DNA of 64,000 bases from Pristiophorus japonicus (lineage: Eukaryota). Position numbers and translations under genes: made by a program. Under the pieces are notes generated by a model. It had not been told where the DNA came from. It worked only from the letters and a program-made list of their open reading frames with translations, and did not search any database. Shown here one piece after another: positions 11,951 through 22,745 of this stretch (position 1 is its first letter; the number at the start of each line of letters is the position of its first letter). The DNA is taken from the NCBI RefSeq assembly GCF_044704955.1, contig NC_091978.1, positions 219,170,001-219,234,000 of the forward strand. The letters run 5' to 3'.

Positions 11951-14083
11951 TTAAATCAAATTGACAAAGGCCAAATCCTCCTGCCCCTTTATTAAACAGG
12001 CTTGTTTAGTATTTGGGGACCGGTCATGGGTCCCTCTTCGTTGTGCGTGGTGCCTGCATGCCTGGCAGGCCATTATGCCCCATGTTATTGCTAAGATCAA
12101 TTGTATCCCGACCAGTATGTATGAAATTATTCGAATCCAAGGATGGATGTTCACATTTATTCCCCAGTCCCAGACCTTTCTCCACCAACTCTGACTTTGT
12201 AGGTCTACATCGATATCTTCTTCCAGTACTTTGATTTTAGTTTGCAGTTGGTGGTAGAGCTTTACAGATTGACCCACCCTGATCCTCAATTCTCGTAATA
12301 CTTCGGTTAGATGTGGGATAGGGACATGATCTGATTCATCATAATCCTGCAAATGATCGTGGAGCTGATCGGTTACATCAATAACTTCGGGCTTCCGGCG
12401 CCTAACCTGGGTGATATGCGCTTGCCCGATCGCGACAGGTCGTAGCGGCGCAAAGCAAAAGTTCGGCTGTGGTATCGGGCACTGCAGGTCATTATACCGG
12501 TATGAATGCTCTGTGGTAGAGATGCAGTATCTTCCCTTCCCTCCGTAACCTGCCCTCGCGAAGTGCCTGTGTGCGGCCACTATTTCTAGTACACACCTGT
12601 CGGTTCGGTTAAACCCGCACTCGTCTAGCTCACCTCGGCCTACCGGGTGAGGGCATATTGTGATCTCCCCCCTTTGCTTGCATTCTGTTAGGGAGATCCC
12701 GGTAAGTATGTTGTTTCGACGAACGGTGGAGGTGGTGGTCAGATAGTAACGTATGGAGACATTTTCCCGTATTACTCCGATATTCTCTAGTTGGTACAGG
12801 GGAACAGCCCTGAGTCCGGCGTGGCTATAGGGATCATCAGGACTATCCCTATCCCAGTATTCCTACCCATCTGGCAATCTGGAATTGCTGAGTGTACTCA
12901 GGTCAGTCCCTTCAGAGTACAATTATCCACTGTCCCCCTCTGGTTAGCCAACTGAGCTAAATGTGAACTGTCTATCCAATCGGGTACTTCCCCGCGTTGG
13001 ATCTGGTCGAGATTGTGGCGGATCTGTCCCACCATCCACAGACCATAAGCGCGACAGAGTTGCCCCTGTCTTTGCTTTCCTGTATCTTCTTTTTCTCTAT
13101 CAATGAGGTGATTGATGGTTTTGGCGTGAGCTTCCAGGACTGAGATGCCATCCAACTGGATTTCGGCACCCTCCTTTCCGAGGTTGGCTTGGTCTTCCTG
13201 GTTTTGCTCCACCCTCTCTAATAACCCCTTCATCATCCCTCTAAGCTGTTCCACCCTCTCATTTAACCCTTATATATCTATCGAGTTTACTACGGAGGTC
13301 CTTGTATTGAAACCGGTAGCAACATCATTAACTATTCCCCTCTTTATCCTGGGGGCTGACCCCTGTCCTCGGAATCTACTGGCACCCATTGCATAGGCAG
13401 CCTGCTGCATTACAACTCTACTTAATACATTGTACATTTTCCTTGACTGTTCTGTACAGTATTCCGGCATCTGGATGCCTGAAATATTGATCAGGACAGG
13501 CACAATTTCATGTTTAACATTATCATACAATAATTCCCCTTCGTTGTACATTACAATCCCATTTTCTGGTCCCTTAGTAGTTATGGGACAAGGCAGTTCC
13601 TCGGGCAATGTAGTGGTTCTTATGGGGCGCGGTGTTGGAGGGGGTGAGAAGCACACATACAGTGATATTGCAGCCGCCCCCACCTCCTTGTAGTACCCAC
13701 ACAGCCCCACTCCCTTTTTGCGGATGACTGATTGCTGGGACTGTCATGGAGGTGCGCAAATTGTGCCGAAAGTACATTCATCGGGCCCTTTGACATCCCT
13801 CCGTTTAATGCAGCTGCTCCTTATACCCGTGGAGCACTGTACACATACCCAGCTCTTATTAATTCACTTGTAACCATGCATTAAAATAAGTCCTGTCCTT
13901 GCTCCAGTCCTTGACTGCTGGGATGCACATTCCATCCGTTAAATTAAACAAGACTCCATAGCTCATGTAGTTGTTTATTTCCTGAGTGCACTGCAATCCA
14001 TTGGTATCATCCAGTGTTTGCGTGAGTCTTGAGGTTCCCAGTATCATGAGTCCCCAGAGTCGAAGTCACCACTGCGGTCCCAT
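11951..14083 (-). pseudogene. env: Class I fusion glycoprotein (F-type env) with a few stops and frameshifts
   Basis: Stitched from ORFs 13859-14047, 13270-13710, 12898-13254 and 11951-12580. Signal-like N-terminus, furin site RIKR|GIVNDVATG, long heptad region, Cys-rich middle, second heptad, Trp-rich membrane-proximal SWWRKVWDW, TM helix and short tail. No gamma-type ISD or CX6CC. Confidence 0.8.
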
Positions 14084-14171
14084 CTTGGTGAGTGTTTTAT
14101 CTGAAAATTTTAAACAGATAGCCTGGTCGTCACGAAGTGTTAGGTTCTGGTCTACTTGTGTCGCTGTCACT

Positions 14172-14200
14172 CTGTGGAATCGGAGGTAAGGGTTAGGTTA
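14172..14200 (-). promoter_or_regulatory. Candidate env splice acceptor
   Basis: Minus strand TAACCTAACCCTTACCTCCGATTCCACAG| (branch point, pyrimidine tract, CAG), ~90 nt upstream of the candidate env ATG. Confidence 0.65.
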
Positions 14201-14210
14201 ACCATATTCT

Positions 14211-14363
14211 TTATAGTCGTACCATCTCTATCACTTCATGTCCCTGTCTGGGCTGCCATCGGTTTTGTGTTTGAGCCTGCTGTGCTCGAGCCTGCACGAT
14301 GACCCATCTAAATATTATCCAAACTCCAATCAACACCAATGCCACCATTATTCCTCCAAACAT
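14211..14363 (-). CDS. Putative 50-aa single-pass membrane accessory protein
   Basis: Manual translation MFGGIMVALVLIGVWIIFRWVIVQARAQQAQTQNRWQPRQGHEVIEMVRL*, lying between the pol remnant and env. Confidence 0.45.
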   Translation of the reverse strand: MFGGIMVALVLIGVWIIFRWVIVQARAQQAQTQNRWQPRQGHEVIEMVRL

Positions 14364-14599
14364 CGCTGTCTGCTTTACCGTTAGGTTGGGTTTGTGGACT
14401 ACATCTACCCACCGTGGGGTACATTGGCTCTATTGCCATAGGTGATGGTGCTATGGCTGCGCACTGCATTATCCGTCTAGTCCCGTTTTTTTAAAACATC
14501 TCTTCCAGCCTGTTTATCTTAGCTTTTAACTCTTGACCAGCTAGTTCTGTTTTATTTTTATTCTGAATATCCCACCATTTCCTCTGTCTGTCAGGTGAG

Positions 14600-16480
14600 T
14601 CTTCTTTATTTTATTAAGAAATCAAAATTAATAATGTCCAGTATAAAACAGCTGTCAATGGAAAGGGTTAACTCCTTTACAGATTTGTAAGAAAGCCTGA
14701 TGTCATTACGTGACTTTACGTAATCATCCGAAAAATTCTTTTTTTTTCCAAGTCTTTGTGCCTTCAAAACTTGCTTAGAAATTAGGAATCCGTTAAAACA
14801 GCATAAATCATTAGTAAAGTGGTTATAATAAAAATCTCATCGGGAAAGACAGCATTTTAGATTAAACTTCAATTTTTTCTTAACTTCTAATTCAAGTACT
14901 TGCCAAAGAATTTTTTTTTATTAATTGATTTAAAACAAGACCACACATTTTGAATAGCTATTTAGTTTACTGAAATCCAAATTTCACACATGCTGTGTAC
15001 ATTCTAACATTTTGTTTTATTTTACGGTCCCGTTCACTGGACAAATCTTGTGTTTTATTTCTCTCTCGGCACAAAATCTAAACATCCGTGCCAGTTCCAT
15101 TTTCGATAAGATTTTTAAAATTCAGTAAGATTCTCTAATTCCCAGTTTTTTTTCTGTGCTGAGTTCGCATAGCTTAGATCTTTTCTCCTCATTATCTTCA
15201 GACCCCCCTGCTTGTTTAGACTGTTCGGGACTTTTCTTGATAAACAACGTCCATTTTGGAAGTCTTTTCAAACTGCAGTGAAATTTTCACTGTAGAGTGT
15301 CTTTTACCTCTTCCAATTTTTTTTTCCTTTTCCTAATTAAACCAATATCTTTTTCACAGCAAACATCAACTAGTATTTAGTAAGTTATGTCTTTTTCCAT
15401 CACAAACACTTTTTTTTCAGCACTTATTTAGTATGTTACATCTTTTTTTTTTCAGATCTCCTTTCTTCAAATTAGATTTGTATTTTACACGGAGGGCTTG
15501 TGACTCCATAAATTTGTTAATTTAAAATCATTTGTTTACTTTCAAAGTGGCATCTTTATCTTTTTCTTTTCTCCATAACTAGAATGGAGTCCAGCAATTA
15601 GGCTTTGAGGGCTGCTTTTCGTTATCTCAAAATGCTCCAATTTCAAAGTCGTTAAAATGTCTCTTCTAAACTGCTAAAGCTTGCTGTTTTTAACATTTTT
15701 CAAAAGTCCCTTTTACACCTTCGCAGATAGCTCGCCACTCGCCCAGGAGTTTGATCTGATCCCTGAAGGTATTTCTAGATTGTTTCCAAACCTTTTAGTT
15801 TTATATCTCCTTTTTTCTTTAAGAGATCAGATTTAATTTAATAATTTTTTTTGAATTCACCTCAGTATTTTGCTGTGCCTTCTCTGACTATCTCAAAATC
15901 CCAATTCAAACTTTGTAATTTCAATCTTTATTTAAAACTTTTTTTTTGAGCTAGAAGCTTTTTTTAAAAGGCATTCTTTATCTCATTCTGAGACTAAATT
16001 TACATCATTCAACCCAATGTAATCAATCATTGCATGTTTTCTTTCGACAAGTAAGTGAGCGTGTCAAATAAAATTCTTTTTTTTTCTCAATCACCGGGAC
16101 CATGTATTTTTTATCTTTTACTCAACAATCATATCCTTTGTGCATTTCCTAGCTCCATAACTTATCATCCGAATAAATCCACACCTAACTTAAAATGTCT
16201 TAAAAGTTCCCACATACAGGACAACACTACAAAGGGTTAAAAAAACTTTCACTCTGTTTGGAAAAGTGGGTGGAGCTAAAATAAACAGACAGTTGCATTC
16301 CTCTTCCAACCAGGCTTTTGGAAACATGAAAACATAAAAAAATTCATTCCGCAGTCAAAAAATCACACAAGGACTCTCAATGACAGATATTCACAAAAGT
16401 CTCTCTTCATTCAACAAAGCCTATTAGTTTTTTTTTTGGCCGGCTCTATTCTTGGATCCATACTTCACTTAAGATAATCA
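14600..16480 (-). pseudogene. Heavily decayed and deleted gag-pol region of provirus A
   Basis: Rich in A/T homopolymers with no ORF. Faint integrase-like traces read CEIW (CxxC-like, ~14977-14988) followed by WQVLEL (~14885-14908). Confidence 0.4.
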
Positions 16481-16483
16481 CTA

Positions 16484-16741
16484 TCAGGTTTTTTTTTTAT
16501 TTCTTACATATTGATTTACTTCCTCTGTTAGTTTTACGTGGGCTCGCAGTATCAAAACTACTGCCTTTTCCTCTTTGTCTTTTTTTTCCTTCTCCCACAA
16601 TTCTCTTTGATTCGCTGGCAGGTCCTGAGGATCCCACCCTGCTCTAATCATTTTCTCGATTAGTTTCTTTTGTTTTTCCACCAGGTGGCGGGTAAGGGAC
16701 CATTCTGGTCCCCACTCGAGGTTACTTGCTTTCATGGCCAT
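16484..16741 (-). pseudogene. Truncated gag-like N-terminus of provirus A
   Basis: ATG-initiated ORF after the ~530-nt leader; charged and helical (LVEKQKKLIEKMIRAGWDP..ELW). Assigned by position only. Confidence 0.5.
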
Positions 16742-17234
16742 TCCTGGGTAGGACTAGAACCATTAGGAATCTACTCTCAGAGGTCCGCTTTCTACCTAGC
16801 GTAACTTGTAGTAGACCGTCTCCTGGCTACTGTCAGGTCACAAGTTCTGCTGTTACACAAACTTATACAATTCTTAAAACGTGTTTAAGCAATTCCCGCA
16901 GTGCTCTACGTATCCTTAACGACTACCTACCACCGCTCTGCCCATTGGTCCGACCCTGTTCACAGATTTGGATTCCGTTAGCCGCTGTACACCGCTTGGT
17001 TCTACCCCGGTGTATATTTCAAATCACACTACTAGGTCCGGAAGATGTCTTTCGGTATCACGATCCCACGGTCCAAGTGTGTTCCCGGCACCTACTTAGT
17101 TCCTGGCCGTCACGTGGGACTAAAGTCCTCTTAATTCAGGCAGAGGCTAGGTGTTTGAGATATTGGACCATCTCCTCATGTCGATCAACCAGCATCCACC
17201 TTCCGCACCCGTTATAAAATTTTGTTTAAGGTAT

Positions 17235-17243
17235 ACTCACCCG
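17235..17243 (-). promoter_or_regulatory. Candidate major splice donor of provirus A
   Basis: CGG|GTGAGT on the minus strand, ~30 nt after the PBS. Confidence 0.65.
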
Positions 17244-17271
17244 GTTTCTCAAAGAGCGTCAGCGACCCCGC

Positions 17272-17290
17272 AATCCTGTTCGTGACGCCA
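17272..17290 (-). promoter_or_regulatory. Primer binding site, tRNA-Ser(CGA)
   Basis: Plus strand AATCCTGTTCGTGACGCCA equals, from memory, the 3' end plus CCA of a vertebrate tRNA-Ser(CGA). It lies 1 nt from the LTR. Confidence 0.85.
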
Positions 17291-17291
17291 C

Positions 17292-17889
17292 TGTTAGCGT
17301 GAATCTTTTCTCGGAAGAATCACTCAACACTCAGAGTCGGTTCCAATGCCAAAGCGGCCTTTATTTTCGCTAGCGGGGAGGAAGCCTCAGGACTGGATCC
17401 AGGCACTTCTCTCCGATGAACAAAGAAACTCATTGATATTTATATGTTTTACAATAGTTCTTTACAGTTACTCAGCCCACTTCGGCTGGACACAATCCAA
17501 TCATACCGATTATAGATTACATATAGGATTCTTTAACCCAATAGAATTCTCCTGATATCTCAGGGGCTGTATGTTCGGTTTTTGTCAGCTCGGGCTGATT
17601 AATGACCTCGTTATGTGAGGTGGGCCCCCCCCGCCCCCCCCTTATCTCTGTTCCTCGGGCTCGGTTGTGTGAAGTCACTGATTATACCAGTGTACTATAA
17701 TGGTTCGTTATAATTATCTTGTATCCAAGGCATTCCTGGTAGTGGGCCTCACTAGGTCATTGCTCGGTCAGCCCCAGTTCATTACTTGACTAACTGAGTA
17801 CCCATCATGCTTGGGCAGCCATTTTATATGTGGCACTTTAAACTTATATGAGTTTAGATATATTCAGCAGGTGCCTAATGCCTACAACC
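17292..17889 (-). repeat. Provirus A 5' LTR
   Basis: Direct repeat of 11219-11812 with roughly 15 differences by eye. The outer terminal base is mutated (CC instead of CA). Confidence 0.95.
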
Positions 17890-19568
17890 GTCTCCTCTCA
17901 ACCTCCTCTGTTCCAATGAGAACAAACGCAGCCTATCCAAACTGTATTCATAACTAAGATTCTCCATTACAGGCAGCATCCAAGTAAATCTCCTCTGCAC
18001 CCTCTCTAGTGCAATCATGTCCTTCCTATAGTATGGCGATCAGAACTGCACGCAGTACTCCAGCTGTGGTCTAACCAAAGTATTATACAATTTAAGCAGA
18101 ACCTCTCTGCTCCTATAGTCTATGCCTCGGCCACTAAAGGCAAGCATTCCATATGCCTTTGTAGCCACCTTATCGACCTGGCCTGCTACTTTCAGGAATC
18201 TGTGGACAAGCACACCAAGGTCCCTTTGTTCATCGACACTATTAAGTGGCCTATCACTTAATGTGCATACCCTTTCCTTATTAGCCCTCCCAAAATGCAT
18301 CACCTCACACTTCTCTGAATTAAATTCCATTTGCCACTGCTCTGCCCACCTGACCAGTAGATTGATATCCTCCTGCAGCCCATGACTTTCCTCTTCATTA
18401 TCAACCACACAACAATTTTACTGTTGTTTGCAAATTTCTTAATTATACTCCCTGTATTCAAATCTAAATCATTGATATATTCCACAAAAAGCAAGGGACA
18501 CAGTACTGAGCCTTGGGACACAGTATTGAAACCACTGGAAACATCCTTCCAGTCACAAAAACATCCATCAATCATTACTCTTTGCATCCTACCTCCAAGC
18601 CAATTTTGGATCCAACTTGCCACTTTTCCCTCTATCCCATGGGCTTTAACCTTCATGACCAGTCTACTATGTGGGACCTTATCCAAAGCCTTGATAAAGT
18701 CCATATATATTACATCGTACACATTACCCTCATCGATTCTCTTGGTTAGCTCCTCAAAAAATTCAATCAGGTTAGTCAAACACGATCTTCCCTTAACAAA
18801 TCCGAATTAATCCTTGCCTTTCCAAATGTAGATTTATCCTGTCTTTCAGGATTTTTTGCAATAATTTTCCCACAACTGAGGTTAGGCTGACAGGCCTGTA
18901 ATTACTCAGCCTATCCCTTTCTCCCTTCTTAAACAAAGGTACTACATCAGCAGTCCTCCAATCCTCCGGCACCATGCCCAGTTCCAAAGAGGACTGGACA
19001 ATGATGGTCAAGGCCTTTGCTATTTCCTCATTTACTTTGCTCAACAGCCTGGGATGCATTTCATCTGGGCCTGGGGACTTATATACTTTCAAAGCTGAAA
19101 AAGCCCTTAATACTTCCTCTCTCACTATATTTATTTCATCCAGAATAGCCTCATCGATAACAGTATCTACATTGCCCCATTCTTTTGTGAAAATAACTTC
19201 TGCCTCCACACAAAGATTACCCTCATGGTCTCTAATAGGCTCTACCTTTTCTTTAGTTACCCTCTTACTCTTAATAGAACATCTTAGGGTTTTCTTTAAT
19301 TTTACTGTCCAAGAATTTCTCGTGTTCTCTCTTAGCATTCCTAATATTCTTTTTAATTTTGCCTCTTAACTTTCTATATACCTCTAAAGATTCTATAGTA
19401 TTTAGCCGTTAGTAAATGACATAAGCGTCCCTTTTTTTCTTAATCCTCCCCTGTAAGTCCCTGGACATCCAAGGGGCTCTAGAATTATTTTTCCCAGCAT
19501 TTTTCTTTAAGGGCACATGTTTGGCCTGAGCCTTCCTGATCTCCTCCTTGAATCCCTCCCACTGGTCT

Positions 19569-21654
19569 AGAAACATAGAAACATAGAAAATAGGTGCAGG
19601 AGTAGGCCATTCGGCCCTTCAAGCCTGCACCATCATTCAATAAGATTATGGCTGATCATTCCTTCAGTGCCCCTTTCCTGCTTTCTCTCCATACCCCTTG
19701 ATCCCTTTAGCCGTAAGGGCCATATCTAACTCCCTCTTGAATATATCCAGTGAACTGGCATCAACAACTCTCTGCGGCAGGGAATTCCACAGGTTAACAA
19801 CTCTCTGAGTGAAGAAGTTTCTCCTCATCTCAGTCCTAAACGGCCTGCTCTTTATCCTAAGACTGTGTCCCCTGGTTCTGGACTTTCCCAACATCGGGAA
19901 CATTCTTCCCGCATCTCGCCTGTCCAGTCCAGTCAGAATCTTATATGTTTCTATGAGATCCCCTCTCATCCTTTTAAACTCCAGTGAATAAAGGCCCAGT
20001 TGATCCAGTCTCTCCTCATATGTCAGTCCTGCCATCCCGGGAATCAGCCTGGTGATCCTTCACTGCACTCCCTCAATAGCAAGAACGTCCTTCCTCAGAT
20101 TAGGAGACCAAAACTCAACACAATATTCCAGGTGGGGCTTCACCAAGGCCCTGTACAACTGCAGCAAGACTTCCCTGTCCCTATACTCAAATCCCCTTGC
20201 TATGAAGGCCAACATACCATTTGCCTTCCTCACCGCCTGCTGTACCTGCATGCCAACTTTCAATGACTGATGAACCATGACACACAGGTCTCGCTGCACC
20301 TCCCCTTTTCCTAATCTGCCGCCATTCAGATAATATTCTGCCTTTGTGTTTTTGCCCCCAAAGTGGATAACCTCACATTTATCCACATTATACTGCATCT
20401 GCCATGTATTTGCCCACTCGCCTAACCTGTCCAAGTAACCCTGCAGCCTCTTAGTGTCCTCCTCACAGCTCACACCGCCACCAAGTTTAGTGTCATCTGC
20501 AAACTTGGAGATATTACACTCAATTCCATCATCTAAATTATTAATATATATTGCAAAGAGCTGGAGTCACAGCATTGAGCCCTGCAGCACTCCACTAGTC
20601 ACTGCCTGCCATTCTGCAAAGGACCCGTTAATCCCGACTCTCTGCTTCCTGTCTGCCAACCAGTTCTCTATCCACGTCAGTACCTTAACCCCAATACCAT
20701 GTGCTTTGATTTTGGGCACCAATCTCCTGTGTGGGACCTTGTCAAAAGCCTTTTGAAAGTCCAAATACACCACATCCACTGGTTCTCCCTTGTCCACTCT
20801 ACGAGTTACATCCTCAAAAAATTCCAGAAGATTTGTCAAGCATGATTTCCCTTTCATAAATCCATGCTGATTTGGACCAATCCTGTCACTGCTCTCCAAA
20901 TGCGCTGCTATTTCATCCTTAATGATTAATTCCAACATTTTCCCCACCACCGATGTCCAGCTAACCGGTCTATAATTACCCGTTTTCTCTCTCCCTCCTT
21001 TTTTAAAAAGTGGTGTTACATTAGCAACCCTCCAGTCCATAGGAACTGATCCAGATTCAATCGACTGTTGGAAAATGATCACCAATGCATCCACTATTTC
21101 TAGGGCCACTTCCTTAAGTACTCTGGGATGTAGACTATCAGGCCCTGGGGATTTATCAATCCCATCAATTTCGCGAACACAATTTCCCACCTAATAAGGA
21201 TATCCTTCAGATCCTCCTTCTCACTAGACCCTTGGTCCCCTAGTAATTCCTGAAGGTTATTTGTGTCTTCCTTTGTGAAGACAGAACCAAAGTATGTGTT
21301 CAATTGGTCTGCCATTTCTTTGTTCCCCATTATAAATTCACCCAAATCCGACTGCAAGGGACCTACGTTTGTCTTCATTAATCTTTTTCTCTTCACATAT
21401 CTATAGAAGGTTTTGCAGTCAATTTTTATGTTTCCGGCAAGCTTCCTCTCATACTCTATTTTCCCCCTCTAAATTAAACCCTTTGTCCTCCTCTGCTGAA
21501 TTCTAAAATTCTCCCAGTTCTCCGGTTTTCTGCTCTTTCTAGCTAATTTGTTTGCCTCTTCCTTGGAATTAATACTATCCTTAATTTCTTTTGTTAGCCA
21601 CGGTTGAGCCACCTTCCCCATTTTATTTTTACTCCAGACAGGGATGTACAATTG
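19569..21654 (-). mobile_element. 5'-truncated CR1 nested in the host CR1
   Basis: (TAGAAACA)n tail at 19568-19590. RT ORFs include YLDFQKAFDKVPH, SGVLQGS and LYRALVKPHLEYC. Close relative of 60233-64000. Confidence 0.95.
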
Positions 21655-22745
21655 ATTTACCCACAAGTAGCTGTTTCCAGTTCACTATGCCCAAATCACT
21701 CCTTAACTTAGCAACATTAGCTTTTTCCCAATTTGGAACTTTTATTCCAGGCCTATCTTTGGCCTTATCCATAACCAACTTGAATCTGACTGAATTATGG
21801 TCATCGGCACCCAAGTGCTCTCCCACTAATACCCCTTCAATCTGCCCAGCTTCATTCCCCAAAATTAAATCCAAGACCGCCCCCTCTCATGTTGGGCTTG
21901 CTACATACTGACTAAAAAAATTTTCTTGAATGCATTTCCAGAATTCTGCACTCTCTATACCCTTCACACTAAATTTGTCCCAATCAATATTTGGATAGTT
22001 AAAATCCCTACTATTACTACCTTATGGTTTTTGGACCACAGCAATTTGCCTACATATTTGCTCCTCTTTCTCCCTCCCACTGTTTGGGGGTCTATAATAC
22101 ACGCCTAGCAGTGTGATCGCCATTTTTTATGTTTTAATTCGACCCATATGGCCTCATTCGATGATCTCTCTAATATATCATCCCTTCTCACCACTGTAAT
22201 AGTTTCTTTAATCAGTCCCGCTAGCCCCCCTCCCCTTTTTACCCCCCTCTCTATCTTGTCTTAAAATCCTGTAGCCACAAATATTGATCTGCCAAACCTG
22301 CCCCTCTTTCAGCCATGTTTCTGTAATGGCTATTATATCATACTTCTAAATGTCTCCCTGTGCTCTTAGCTCATCCGCCTGATTCGCTATTAAAGTGTAT
22401 ACCATTCAACACTGGAAGACCTCCTTGCTTACTACTTACTAAGTCCTTTTTCCTCTGTCTTACAGATTTGCTTTCTAGATTCTTGCTATCAAATTTCTGC
22501 TTTACTTCCTTCCCTTTTGAATTTGTTCTCAGGTTCCCATGCCCCTGCCAAGCTAGTTTAAACTCTCCCCAACAGCACGAGCAAAACTCTCCGTGAGGAT
22601 ATTGGTTCTGGCGCTGTTGAGATGCAACCTGCACGATACTTCCCTCTTTCTGGGAGAAGTTTTAAAATATTCACGTTTCCAATCTTGCTAAGCACACACT
22701 AGTGACCTCAAGATTGCTGATGAACTTATCAATATTATTTACAAT

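Larger units (their letters stand above)
11219..17889 (-). mobile_element. Provirus A: non-autonomous endogenous retrovirus-like element with F-type env (lokiretrovirus-like)
   Basis: Two ~595-bp LTRs, 5-bp TSD GTCTC (11214-11218 and 17890-17894), PBS, PPT, and an env remnant at the 3' end. No intact gag-pol. Confidence 0.9.
10518..22632 (-). mobile_element. Long CR1 LINE (host element) in three pieces: 10518-11218, 17895-19568 and ~21652-22632
   Basis: ORF2 C-terminus (10920-11204), RT pieces (18040-19338) and APE endonuclease pieces (21629-22360, LDLILGN..DHN) are collinear on the minus strand. The sequence reads continuously across the provirus at the TSD GTCTC. Confidence 0.9.

Noticed and set aside
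16726-17217. 163-aa antisense ORF over the provirus A leader
   Set aside because: Non-ATG start, no motifs, and expected by chance in a GC-richer leader. It would need conservation across copies.
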